Source of the DNA: Terriglobia bacterium
GTDB taxonomy: Bacteria > Acidobacteriota > Terriglobia > 20CM-2-55-15
Reading direction: 5' to 3'
Length of the DNA: 64,000 nucleotides
NCBI GenBank assembly: GCA_965198225.1
Contig: CBDAOY010000007.1
Coordinates: 608,001-672,000, forward strand
The translations under genes were made by a program, and so were the position numbers. Below are positions 30,366 to 40,548 of this stretch, piece after piece. Each line of letters starts with the position of its first letter. Within the stretch, counting starts at the first letter, position 1. The notes below the pieces were generated by a model, which was given only the letters and a program-made list of their open reading frames with translations, was not told the origin of the DNA and made no database searches.

Positions 30366-31604
30366 TTGGAGAGGCGAGTTGTTGTCACCGGCGTCGGGCT
30401 TGTCACTGCTCTCGGGGTCGGAACTGAAGAAACGTGGAATGGGCTCACCGAAGGAAAGAGCGGCGTCCGGGAGATCACGCGCTTCGACACTTCGCGCTTC
30501 TCAGCGAAGATCGCGGCCGAGGTTCAGGACTTTGATCCACTCCTGTGGATCGATAAGAAGGACGTCAAGAAGATGGACGCCTTCATCCATTACGCGATCG
30601 CCGCTGCGGACTTTGCCGGGAAACGGGCGGGTCTGGAAGTTTCGGCGGAAATGTCGGAACGAACGGGCGTTTTCATCGGTTCGGGCATCGGCGGTTTCAA
30701 CATCATCGAGCGGGAGCACAACAACCTGATTCGAGGTGGTCCCCGAAAGATTTCACCTTTCTTCATCCCTTCCAGCATCATCAATCTTGCCGCGGGTCAG
30801 GTATCGATCCGCATGGGCGCCCGGGGTCCGAATTCAGCACCGTGCACGGCCTGCTCCTCGGGCGCGCACGCGGTTGGCGATGCGTATCGAATCATCGCCC
30901 GCGGCGATGCCGATGTCATGATCGCCGGTGGGTCCGAGGCAGCGATCACCAGCATGGGAATCGGCGGCTTTGCCGCGATGCGCGCCCTTTCGACGCGCAA
31001 CGATGAACCTTCCCGCGCCTCGAGGCCTTTCGACAAGGACCGCGACGGCTTCGTGATGGGCGAGGGTGCCGGAATCCTCATCCTGGAGGAACTTGAACTC
31101 GCCAGGAAGCGCGACGCTCCGATCATGGCGGAGCTCGTCGGATACGGCATGAGCGGGGACGCCTATCACATCACCCTGCCTTCCGAGGACGGCAACGGTG
31201 GATACCGCGTGATGCAGAACGCCCTCAAGGACGCCGGCGTGGAGCCCGACGAGGTCAGCTACATTAACGCGCACGGAACGTCGACGCCCCCGAACGATCG
31301 CCTGGAGACGATTGCTATCAAGCGTCTCTTCGGGGACCACGCATCGAAGATCCCCGTCAGTTCGACGAAATCCATGATCGGTCACCTGCTCGGGGCTGCC
31401 GGCGCCGTGGAAGCCGCGGTTTCTGTGCTGGCTCTCGAAAACGGGACGATACCGCCGACGATCAATTACGAAACGCCGGATCCGGACTGCGATCTCGATT
31501 ATGTGCCGAACGAGAGTCGCCCGGCTGCACTCGAGTACGTCATGTCGAATTCGTTCGGATTCGGCGGCACCAACGCTGCCCTCCTGTTCAAGCGCTGGGA
31601 GTAG
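30366..31604 (+). CDS. fabF: 3-oxoacyl-ACP synthase II
   Basis: TACSSG, NAHGTST, GHLLGAAG and NSFGFGG motifs. Confidence 0.98.
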   Translation: MERRVVVTGVGLVTALGVGTEETWNGLTEGKSGVREITRFDTSRFSAKIAAEVQDFDPLLWIDKKDVKKMDAFIHYAIAAADFAGKRAGLEVSAEMSERTGVFIGSGIGGFNIIEREHNNLIRGGPRKISPFFIPSSIINLAAGQVSIRMGARGPNSAPCTACSSGAHAVGDAYRIIARGDADVMIAGGSEAAITSMGIGGFAAMRALSTRNDEPSRASRPFDKDRDGFVMGEGAGILILEELELARKRDAPIMAELVGYGMSGDAYHITLPSEDGNGGYRVMQNALKDAGVEPDEVSYINAHGTSTPPNDRLETIAIKRLFGDHASKIPVSSTKSMIGHLLGAAGAVEAAVSVLALENGTIPPTINYETPDPDCDLDYVPNESRPAALEYVMSNSFGFGGTNAALLFKRWE

Positions 31605-31614
31605 GAATTGGCCG

Positions 31615-31681
31615 GTGTAGGTGCGCTCTGTGAGCGCACATTGCCTCGGTCCGGATGTGCGGTCATAGACCGCACATACAC
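31615..31681. repeat. REPIN, family A
   Basis: GTGTAGGTGCGCTCTGTGAGCGCAC ... GTGCGGTCATAGACCGCACATACAC. Confidence 0.88.
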
Positions 31682-31712
31682 GCACTGACCACTTCTGTTA
31701 TTCTTTTTTCTT

Positions 31713-33371
31713 ATGCCCGAAGAGCGTGAAGTTCTGGAAGTCGACGTCCTGATCGTTGGCGGGGGCCCCGCCGGTCTGTCCGCTGCCTACCATTTGCGGA
31801 AACTCCTGAACGAAAGCGGCCGTGAAGATGCTTCCGTGGCTGTCCTCGAGAAGGCGAAAGAAGTCGGTGCGCATATCATCTCGGGCGCTGTGCTGGATCC
31901 CCGGGGAATAGACGAGCTCATGCCCGATTGGAAGGAGAGGGGCGCTCCGATCGAGAAACCCGTCGAAGAGGATTACGTTTACTATTTCACGCGCAAAGGG
32001 AAGTTCAGCCTGCCGATAATCCCGCCACCCCTCCAGAATCACGGAAACTACATCATCTCCCTGAACAAGTTCGTCCGATGGTTCGGGGAGGTGGTCGAAG
32101 AAAGCGGTGTTGACGTCTTCGCGGGGTTTGCCGGTTCGGAGCTCTTGATCGAAGACGGCGCAGTCGTGGGTGTCCGGACCGGAGACAAGGGAGTCGACAA
32201 GGAGGGGCAGGAAAAGGGGAACTACGAGCAGGGCATCGACATCCGGGCGAAGCTGACTATCCTCGCCGAAGGGTCGCGGGGTTCGTTGACCAAACAGCTC
32301 GTGAACAAGTTTGACCTCGACCAGGGGCGGAATCCGCAGGTCTATGCCGTCGGTGTCAAGGAAGTGTGGGAAGTGCCTTCGCAGCGCAGCCAGAAAGGAA
32401 GGGTGATTCACACTATGGGTTGGCCGCTGACGAGTGAGGAATTCGGCGGTGGTTTCATCTACAACATGGCGGATGGGCGCGTCTCCCTGGGCCTCGTGAT
32501 CGGTCTCGACTACAGGAACCCGACCCTCGACCCGCATGAGCGCTTTCAGAAGTACAAGGAGCACCCCCTCGTTCGCCGTATGCTCGAGGGCGGAAGCCTG
32601 GTTTCCTACGGGGCCAAGTCGATCCCGGAGGGCGGGTACTGGGCGATGCCGCAGTACTACTTCGAGGGAGGCATGATCGTCGGAGATTCAGGCGGCTTCC
32701 TGAATTCCATGCGCCTCAAGGGGATCCACATGGCGTTCAAGAGCGGAATGCTCGCCGGGCAGGCCGCGTTCGAGGCGATCGAGGCCGACGAGTACACAGC
32801 CTTGAGACTTCGCCGTTTCGAGGACCTTGTTGAGAAGAGCTGGATCAAGAAGGAACTCTGGAAGGTTCGCAACTTCCACCAGGGTTTCGAGGGCGGATTC
32901 TGGGCGGGAATGTTCCACAGCGGCCTTCAGATGGCGACCGGGGGGCGCGGGCTCCGCGACCGCTACACGAGCGAACCGGGCCATCGGCGAATGCAGCGCG
33001 TCAGCGACTATTTCCGGGGAAAGAAGCCTCCGAAAACCGAGCGAAGCTTCGACCAGGAATTGACATTCGACAGGCTGACTGATGTTTACAATTCGGGAAC
33101 GGTACATGAGGAGGATCAACCCGTCCATCTCGTCGTCATAGAACCCGACATCTGTCACGAGCGCTGTACCGAGGAATACGGTAACCCCTGCCAGTACTTC
33201 TGTCCCGCTGCCGTCTATGAGATGGAGCCGAACGACGGTGGTCAGCTCCGGCTCCAGATCAACGCTTCCAACTGCGTCCACTGCAAGACGTGCGACATCA
33301 TGGATCCGTACGAAGTGATCAACTGGGTTACGCCCGAGGGTGGCGGCGGGCCGGGGTATGAGTACCTGTAG
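31713..33371 (+). CDS. Electron transfer flavoprotein:ubiquinone oxidoreductase
   Basis: GGGPAG FAD motif, LKGIHMA, C-terminal CPAAVYE...NCVHCKTCDI. Confidence 0.96.
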   Translation: MPEEREVLEVDVLIVGGGPAGLSAAYHLRKLLNESGREDASVAVLEKAKEVGAHIISGAVLDPRGIDELMPDWKERGAPIEKPVEEDYVYYFTRKGKFSLPIIPPPLQNHGNYIISLNKFVRWFGEVVEESGVDVFAGFAGSELLIEDGAVVGVRTGDKGVDKEGQEKGNYEQGIDIRAKLTILAEGSRGSLTKQLVNKFDLDQGRNPQVYAVGVKEVWEVPSQRSQKGRVIHTMGWPLTSEEFGGGFIYNMADGRVSLGLVIGLDYRNPTLDPHERFQKYKEHPLVRRMLEGGSLVSYGAKSIPEGGYWAMPQYYFEGGMIVGDSGGFLNSMRLKGIHMAFKSGMLAGQAAFEAIEADEYTALRLRRFEDLVEKSWIKKELWKVRNFHQGFEGGFWAGMFHSGLQMATGGRGLRDRYTSEPGHRRMQRVSDYFRGKKPPKTERSFDQELTFDRLTDVYNSGTVHEEDQPVHLVVIEPDICHERCTEEYGNPCQYFCPAAVYEMEPNDGGQLRLQINASNCVHCKTCDIMDPYEVINWVTPEGGGGPGYEYL

Positions 33372-33372
33372 T

Positions 33373-34317
33373 CGTAGGCCGTTGGACGTTGAGGTCTTGC
33401 TCAGCGTGGATTGGTCCGTGACTGGCGAGGCATTGTCTATCGTCCGGCATCATCCGGGGCTTGCCGGCCACCCTCGCCAGCTACCACGAACCTTGCGGTA
33501 CGCGACACCTCAACGGCCTACGTCCCTAGTCCGTAGGCCGTTGGACGTTGAGATATCGCTCAGCGTGGATTGGTCCGTGACTGGCGATGCATTTGTCTAT
33601 CGTCCGGCATCATCCAGGGCTTGCCGGCCACCCTCGCCAGTTACCACGAACCTTTCGGTACGCGACATCTCAACGGCCTACGTCCCTAGTCCGTAGGCCG
33701 TTGGACGTTGAGGTATTGCTCAGCGCGGATTGGTCCGTGACTGGCGAGGTATTTGTCTATCGTCCGGCATGATCGAGGGCTTGCCGGCCACCCTCGCCAG
33801 TTACCCCGAAACTTTCGGTACGTGACACCTCAACGGCCTACGTCCCTAGTCCGTAGGCCGTTGGACGTTGAGGTATTGCTCAGCGCGGATTGGTCCGTGA
33901 CTGTCTATCATCCGGCATGATCGAGGGCTTGCCGGCCACCCTCGCCAGTTACGACGAAACTTTCGGTACGCGACACCTCAACGGCCTACGTCCCTAGTCC
34001 GTAGGCCGTTGGACGTTGAGGTATTGCTCAGCGCGGATTGGTCCGTGACTGGCGAGGTATTTGTCTATCATCCGGCATGATCGAGGGCTTGCCGGCCACC
34101 CTCGCCAGTTACGACGAAACTTTCGGTACGCGACACCTCAACGGCCTACGTTCCTAGGACTGTTGAGGGGTTTCTGGCGAGGTATTTGTCTATCATCCGG
34201 CATGATCGAGGGATCTACGACGAAACTTTCGGTACGCGACACCTCAACGGCCTGCCGGCCACCCTCGCCAGTTACGACGAAACTTTCTACGCGACACCTC
34301 AACGGCCTACGTTCCTA
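33373..34317. repeat. Tandem array of ~160-bp hairpin-forming units (five clear units plus one rearranged)
   Basis: Units start at 33373, 33532, 33692, 33852 and 34000; each is bounded by CGTAGGCCGTTG / CAACGGCCTACG and joined by TCCCTAGTC. Confidence 0.95.
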
Positions 34318-35322
34318 GGCGGCCAGTTTCTTATCTACGTAGACCTCTTCCCAGAACTGGACCAAAGCAACAAGCAACGCCAGAATCAGCGGGCCGACAA
34401 GCATGCCGCTGAAGCCGATCATCTTCAGCCCGCCCAGGACGCCGACCATGACCAGGACCGGGTGGACCTTTGAGCGTTCGCTGACCAGTTTCGGTCGCAC
34501 CAGATTGTCGATGTTGGTCACGACGACGATGCCGTAGATCATCAATCCGATACCGGCGAACATTTCACCCTGCAGGATCTTGTCGACAGCCGCCGGCACC
34601 CATATCAAGGGCGTGCCGAATACGGGGAGAAAGGCGAGGACGATCATGATTGCTCCCCAGAACACCCAGCCGTCGATCCCGAAGATGACGAACCCGAGCG
34701 TCGCCACCGAACCCTGTATGACCGCTGTCATCACCTGACCGTAAAGGACTCCCTGGGTGACGTTCCGAACCTCTCGAAACAGCTTTTCCTTGAGCATTGG
34801 TTCCAACGGGAGCATCTGTTTGATGCGGGCAAGGAAATGCTCCCCGTCGCGGAAGGCGTAGTACATCACGAAGAACATGATGAAGACGCCGAGAACCAGT
34901 TCCGTGATCGAACCCAGGATGTCGGGGGCCAGACCGATGATCGACTCACGCACCTGTGTAAAGAAGGAATCCAGCACTTCCTGAAAGTCGATCTGGTTGC
35001 CGGTCACCCCGCTCAGGTAGTCGCCGAGTCGTTGAACAGTCGACAGTTCGAAAGTCGTGAACGCGCCCGTAACCTCCTGGGCCAGGCGCTGAGCCACGAG
35101 GAACGAGGGGAGGACCAGGAGCACCATGACGAGTAGGATCGAAATTGCCGAGCTCACTCCGGGTTGATTCGTCCTGCGGCGAATCAGCGCGTAGACTGGA
35201 AAGAGTGTGTATGTGAGGACCCCAGCGAGCACGATGTAAGAAATGAACGGCTGGATCAGGAGGATCGAGAGGAGAGCAATCAGCCCGAAGACGATGCCGA
35301 AGATGACGTTCTCCCGTTTCAT
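34315..35322 (-). CDS. AI-2E (PerM) family transporter
   Basis: Polytopic; IDNLVRPKL and GGLKMIGFSGMLVGP motifs. Confidence 0.92.
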   Translation of the reverse strand: MKRENVIFGIVFGLIALLSILLIQPFISYIVLAGVLTYTLFPVYALIRRRTNQPGVSSAISILLVMVLLVLPSFLVAQRLAQEVTGAFTTFELSTVQRLGDYLSGVTGNQIDFQEVLDSFFTQVRESIIGLAPDILGSITELVLGVFIMFFVMYYAFRDGEHFLARIKQMLPLEPMLKEKLFREVRNVTQGVLYGQVMTAVIQGSVATLGFVIFGIDGWVFWGAIMIVLAFLPVFGTPLIWVPAAVDKILQGEMFAGIGLMIYGIVVVTNIDNLVRPKLVSERSKVHPVLVMVGVLGGLKMIGFSGMLVGPLILALLVALVQFWEEVYVDKKLAA

Positions 35323-35518
35323 AGCCGTTGTTTGTCGGGCCTGTCGGTAATAATGCCGTGTCTCCGCATATAGATAGAAAGCGTGCCGTATTCTAGTCTG
35401 AGGTCACATCGTAAACTAGGATAAATCGTTGCTCGCCACAAACTTCCGACTGTTTCACGTTGTTCGTACGAGCTCGGGCCACTCTGGATTAGACGCGGCT
35501 CGACGCTAAGAGGTGAAT

Positions 35519-37621
35519 CTAGCGGAGGTGGGCGTAAGTTGCGTAAAGGGCAAAGACCTTCATGACGTAGTCTTTGGTCTGAACGAAGCCGATGTCTGAG
35601 ACGAACAAATCCATGTCGTCGCTGCCGGACTTCGCTTCCCATCGACGCACGTTTTCGATGCCTCCGTTGTAAGCAGCCAGAGCCAGCGCAGGATGGTCCA
35701 GTTCTTCCATCAGTCGCGACCAGTAGTTGGCACCCAGGCGAATGTTGAGGGACGGTTCGTACAGCGCATCCAGTTCGAGCTCTCCCATCCCCAGCTCTGC
35801 CGCCATCATCGCGGCAGTTTCCGGGATGAACTGCATCAGCCCGCGGGCCGACGCACCGGATCGCGCGGATGGGTCGAAACGACTCTCCTGCCAGATGATG
35901 GCCTGGAGCCATAGCGGATTGACGCCGGCTTCGACAGATTCTCTGCAGATGGCGTCGTTGAAGGCGGAGGGGTAGAGCATTCCCAGCAGGGTCCGCTCTT
36001 CCTCGTCGTAGTCGGAGTCGAGCGAGAATAGTCGCTTGTCATCCACGGGCCGGAGCCGATCGGCATAGAGCATGGAGCGCTTGAAATCCGACGCCAGATA
36101 GGCAAGGTCGGCCAGGGCGACGTCCTTCCAGCGGTTCGCGACCCGGTGCGCCCAGTAGAATGCTTCGTCCCAGAGGCGCAGGAACACCAGCTCGCCAACC
36201 ATATCCGCTTCCGGGGAACCCTCGGTTCGGAACCCCCGGGTCCTTGAGAGGCGCCGGGCTCGTACGGCCTCGATCACGGCCTCGTCGGAGCTGCGCCTGC
36301 AGAGCTCGATCGAAGGAGTGTTGCCCGCCTCCTGCAAGGTTCTGGTCAAGAGCGCCGCGTCTCCGGCTTCGCCGCCGAGTCTTTCTGCCGCTCGCAGGCC
36401 GTAGTAGGTAAACGTTTCCTCAGCCAGGTCCCTGAACAGACTGCGAGCCTCGGCGGCGCGCCCCACGCGCTCCAGGGTCAGCGCGCGAAAGTATCGAACC
36501 TCAGACGCATTTGTGCCATTCGGCGCCGTTCTGAGGCGCATCCGCGACAGCTCGGTGAACAGATCCAGCGCCTCTTCGTAGCGCCCTAAGCCATAGTAAA
36601 GCTTTGCTTTCGTGAAGAGGAACACTTGCCGATTGGCAGTCGTCGGTCGGTTTGCGAGACCGCGATCGATCCACTCCAGCGCGCTGGGGATGTCTCCGAG
36701 AACCCTATAGACGTCCACGAGGTTGCGCACCGAAGACTGGTAGAGTCTTCGATCATCGTATTTCTCGATGACGTGCAGGTAGGCGCGCGCTGCGCTGTCG
36801 AAATCCTCCATCCGCCAGAAACAGCTGGCGATCTGGGATTCCGCATCGCGTTCCCAATCGGTGTCGGGGAACCGCTCCGCTGTCCGGCGATAAATCTCGA
36901 TCGCACGAGCGTAACGCGCTTGCTGGAAGAAGGTGCGGGCCAGTTCGTAGTGAGCTTCGGCACCCACCAACGGATCCTCGAGCAGAGTGGAATAGACAGC
37001 CGCTGCCTGTTCGAAAAGCCGGTGGGCGTAGAAGGTCTTGGCTAAGCGGAGCCGCCGTTCGGCGGTGGCGGGCCGTCCGGCGAGTCGACGGGCGGATGCC
37101 AGTGCGATGTCGTCGCTCCTTTGCCGCGCCAGCAGGGCCCACATAGCCGCCTCGTCGTTCCGGATCTCAGCCCTTTTCCATTGAGAACGCCTCGTTCCGA
37201 TCGAGTCGTAGATCCGGAGTGCGAATGCGGGAAGCGCCTCTTCAGCCAGTTCCAGCCGCAATGCGGCCGGGAAGCCGGCAGGCAGCCTTCGGAGTAGGGC
37301 CGCCGCGGCATCCAGGTCTCTCGAACGAACCGTGGCACGAACCCTGTGCCACAGCGAAAGCCCGAAGAGCACGCTCGAAGTGGGAGTCTTTTCGAACTCG
37401 AGTCCCGCCCGTTCCCAGTCCCCGAGTTCTTCGGCGATGCGTCCACGAAGGTAGTGGAGATTGTTCAGCCTGAACTGCTCCGGTTCCAGCTCTGCCGATT
37501 CGTCAAGCAACTCCGCCGCCCCGGCGTAATCCCGGGCCTCGTAACGGGCGAAAGCACTCTCGATAGTAGGCGTGAGCAGGCCGGAGACGATCAGTAGTGG
37601 TAGAACGATGATGCTATTCAT
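35519..37621 (-). CDS. Soluble lytic transglycosylase (Slt-like) with TPR repeats
   Basis: QESRF, GLMQFIP and AAYNGG motifs; N-terminal TPRs and signal peptide. Confidence 0.93.
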   Translation of the reverse strand: MNSIIVLPLLIVSGLLTPTIESAFARYEARDYAGAAELLDESAELEPEQFRLNNLHYLRGRIAEELGDWERAGLEFEKTPTSSVLFGLSLWHRVRATVRSRDLDAAAALLRRLPAGFPAALRLELAEEALPAFALRIYDSIGTRRSQWKRAEIRNDEAAMWALLARQRSDDIALASARRLAGRPATAERRLRLAKTFYAHRLFEQAAAVYSTLLEDPLVGAEAHYELARTFFQQARYARAIEIYRRTAERFPDTDWERDAESQIASCFWRMEDFDSAARAYLHVIEKYDDRRLYQSSVRNLVDVYRVLGDIPSALEWIDRGLANRPTTANRQVFLFTKAKLYYGLGRYEEALDLFTELSRMRLRTAPNGTNASEVRYFRALTLERVGRAAEARSLFRDLAEETFTYYGLRAAERLGGEAGDAALLTRTLQEAGNTPSIELCRRSSDEAVIEAVRARRLSRTRGFRTEGSPEADMVGELVFLRLWDEAFYWAHRVANRWKDVALADLAYLASDFKRSMLYADRLRPVDDKRLFSLDSDYDEEERTLLGMLYPSAFNDAICRESVEAGVNPLWLQAIIWQESRFDPSARSGASARGLMQFIPETAAMMAAELGMGELELDALYEPSLNIRLGANYWSRLMEELDHPALALAAYNGGIENVRRWEAKSGSDDMDLFVSDIGFVQTKDYVMKVFALYATYAHLR

Positions 37622-37666
37622 GACGGTGTATGATGTTGGACTATTTTATCCAACATAGGTGCTTAT

Positions 37667-38587
37667 ATGACAGCAACTTTCATCAGCGGCAGCGAAGTCG
37701 CCGCGACGATCCGGGAGGAACTGGGCGAGGAAGTAGAAAGCCTGAAGAAACAAGGGGTTCAGCCCGGCCTGGCCGTTATCCTCGTCGGAGCGGCCCCGGC
37801 TTCGGCTTCCTACGTCAACATGAAGGCTCGGATGTGCGAGCGCCTGGGAATCACGAGCCGGAAGCTGATACTGCCTGAGGAGTCGACAACACAGGAACTG
37901 ATTGCGGGGATTCAGGAACTCAACGACGACGATAGGGTAGACGGGATCCTGGTCCAGCTGCCGCTGCCGTCTCAGATCGACAAACATGCTTGCCTCGAAG
38001 CGGTGCAGCCGGGCAAGGATGTCGATGGCTTTCATTCTGCGAATATAGGTTCGCTGGTGCTTGGGCACGAGACCCTCGTTGCCTGCACTCCCCTGGGCAT
38101 CATGGAGTTGCTCCGTCGATCGGAGGTTCAGATTGACGGAAGGCGGGCGGCGGTTCTGGGTCGCAGCGACGATGTCGGTAAACCGATGGCGATGCTTCTG
38201 ATGCATGCGCACGCCACGGTCACGATCTGCCACTCACACACGGACGAAGTTCGAGAGATCACCCGTCAGAGCGACATCGTTGTCGCTGCGATCGGGCGTG
38301 CCGCGATGGTCACCGGCGAATTCATCAAACCGGGCGCAGTCGTGGTCGACGTCGGCAGCAATCAAGTCTCGGACCGGGAAGAGATCATCCGGCTGTTCGG
38401 CGAGGAGACGCCCCGTTTGGAAGGGTTCGCCAAGCGCGGCCACATCTGGGTCGGGGACGTCCACGAGCGAGAGGTCGTCGAAGTGGCTTCGCGCTTGACG
38501 CCGGTTCCGGGTGGTGTCGGACCAATGACCATCGTGATGCTGATGCGGAACACTCTCAAGGCGGCTCGCATCCGGAGAGGGCTCTGA
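37667..38587 (+). CDS. folD: Bifunctional methylene-THF dehydrogenase/cyclohydrolase
   Basis: GILVQLPLP, KDVDGFH, CTPLG and TPVPGGVGPMT motifs. Confidence 0.97.
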   Translation: MTATFISGSEVAATIREELGEEVESLKKQGVQPGLAVILVGAAPASASYVNMKARMCERLGITSRKLILPEESTTQELIAGIQELNDDDRVDGILVQLPLPSQIDKHACLEAVQPGKDVDGFHSANIGSLVLGHETLVACTPLGIMELLRRSEVQIDGRRAAVLGRSDDVGKPMAMLLMHAHATVTICHSHTDEVREITRQSDIVVAAIGRAAMVTGEFIKPGAVVVDVGSNQVSDREEIIRLFGEETPRLEGFAKRGHIWVGDVHEREVVEVASRLTPVPGGVGPMTIVMLMRNTLKAARIRRGL

Positions 38588-39195
38588 TGGTGACGGTGGG
38601 ACTGACCGGTGGCATCTGCTCCGGAAAGACCACCGTCGGCCACATGTTTGTTGATCTGGGCTGCCGCCTGATCGACTCGGACCGCATCACCCACGAACTG
38701 TTCGAGCCGGGAGAGAAGGTTTGCGAGGCTGTCGTCGCAGAGTTCGGCGAGCGAATCCGGGACGGTGAGGGCAGGATCGATCGCTCCGCGCTCGGCGAGA
38801 TCGTCTTCCATGATCCCGGCCGCCGGCAGACGCTGAATGAACTGGTCCATCCGGCGGTTATCGAGCGTCAGAAGGAATTCCTGGAGAGCGTGGAGGCCCA
38901 AGACCCATCATCGATTGCCATCGTCGATGCCGCGTTGATGATCGAGGTCGGAACCTACAAGAACTACGATCGTGTCGTGGTCGTTACCTGTACCCTGGAT
39001 CAGCAGCGACAGCGTTTGGGTGAGCGGGCCGCTCTGAGCGACGAAGAAATCGAGACCCGTATTTCATCTCAGATGCCTCTCGACGAGAAGGTCCGCTATG
39101 CAGACTTCGTCATCGACAACTCCGGTTCGCTGGAGGCGACGCGGCTGCAGGTTGGGGACGTGTATGAGAAGCTGAGGGAAGAAGAAGGCCGTTGA
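38587..39195 (+). CDS. coaE: Dephospho-CoA kinase
   Basis: GLTGGICSGKTT, IDRSALG and ADFVIDNSG motifs. Confidence 0.97.
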   Translation: MVTVGLTGGICSGKTTVGHMFVDLGCRLIDSDRITHELFEPGEKVCEAVVAEFGERIRDGEGRIDRSALGEIVFHDPGRRQTLNELVHPAVIERQKEFLESVEAQDPSSIAIVDAALMIEVGTYKNYDRVVVVTCTLDQQRQRLGERAALSDEEIETRISSQMPLDEKVRYADFVIDNSGSLEATRLQVGDVYEKLREEEGR

Positions 39196-39203
39196 AGGAG
39201 ACG

Positions 39204-40542
39204 GAGGTTCCGTCAATAAGTGTGTAAATAGACATCAGGCGGCTTTCTCCTCGGTGACTTGGTTGACTGGAACTCCATTGACATATTGGGCGCCTTGGTA
39301 GACATCCTTCATCAAGTGCGGAGCCTTCAAACGGCGAAATCTTTTCTCAGCGACCAGCAGCATCTTCCAGATGACAGCCCGTGCGTTGGCCACTTTCTTG
39401 AACCTTCGAGAGGCATCGGTTCGCAGTCGCAGAGCAGAGAAGGGAGACTCCACTGGATTGGTAGTCCGCAGATGTTGCCACTGCTGTTTGGGATAGTTGT
39501 AAAACGTCACCATCCGATCCCAGTCCTGGTCGATCAGATCAGCCGCAGCCTCCAGTCCTCTCTTGCCACACCAATGTTGGAATCGTCCTTTGACTTGCTC
39601 GGCTTCCTGCCGTGTTTCTGCATAAGGGATCTGCCGCAACATCAACAACGCCGCTTTGTGCCGACCCTTGGGGATCTTAGCCAGCAAGTTGACGATGCGA
39701 TGATTCCAGCATCTCTGCTCGTCGGCTTCTGGGAAAACGTTGCGCAACGCTCCCCAGATCCCCAGATGCCCGTCAGCCATCACCAGTCTCGGTGGGTTCA
39801 TCCCCCGCTCTTTGAGATCCCTCAGCACTTCGGACCAGCTCTGGGTCGATTCTCGATAACCACTACTGACCGACACCACCACTTTAGTGCCATCACTTAA
39901 AGCGGCGATCACTACCAGGATCACGGCCTTTTCCTTCTCCAGCCCTGCTTTGATGTACACACCGTCTGCCCACAGATACACCACTTCCAGATCGTCCAGC
40001 CGACGGCTTTGCCAGGCCTCCATTTCTCCCTGCCACTTCTCCTTCAACCGGGCTACGGTGCTGGGGGACAGCGGCGCTTCTTCCCCTAAAAGCCCTCTTA
40101 AGGCCAGATCGAAATCCCCCTCGGCCAGACCATGCAAATAGAGTTCTGGAATCAAGTCTCGTACCTCTTGCGTCCGCTTGGCAAACAGCGGCAAGACCCG
40201 GCTCTCAAAACGCTCTTCCAGATCCCGCACTCGGGGACGCCGCAGCTTGATCGTTAGCCCCCGGGTGCGTCCACTTCTCGGCGACGCTCATTCTTTCTTC
40301 GTCCCAGCAGCTGTGTCACTTCATCCTCCAACAGTTCCTGTACGTAAAACTGGATCTGCTCTCGCACCCACTCTTCCAGCTGTTCAAAGCAGACTCTTGA
40401 CTCCACACTTCGATCAATGTTCTTCTTGCTCATGGCGGTGTGACTCCTTCCTTACGTCTGGGGCTCTTCCGCCTCGGGTTTTTATTTCACCCGGAAGGAT
40501 AATCACCGCCTATGCTATTTACACACCTTTTGAGGGTAGCTC
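39204..40542 (-). mobile_element. IS256-family insertion sequence
   Basis: 28-bp imperfect IRs (GAGGTTCCGTCAATAAGTGTGTAAATAG vs GAGCTACCCTCAAAAGGTGTGTAAATAG); 8-bp direct repeat AGGAGACG at 39196-39203 and 40543-40550. Confidence 0.93.
39235..40433 (-). pseudogene. IS256 (Mutator) transposase with internal deletion/frameshift near 40255
   Basis: ATG at 40433 (MSKKNIDR...) stops after APGG; downstream frame holds YLWADG, MADG, QRCWNH and RTTNPVE. Confidence 0.85.
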
Positions 40543-40548
40543 AGGAGA

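Noticed and set aside
33373-34317. CRISPR array interpretation
   Set aside because: The sequence between the conserved termini is near-identical in every unit, so there are no unique spacers. Units are ~160 bp and there are no cas genes.
33340-34473. Short ORFs within the tandem array
   Set aside because: They are translations of the repeat in shifting frames (the period is mostly not a multiple of 3) and have no RBS.
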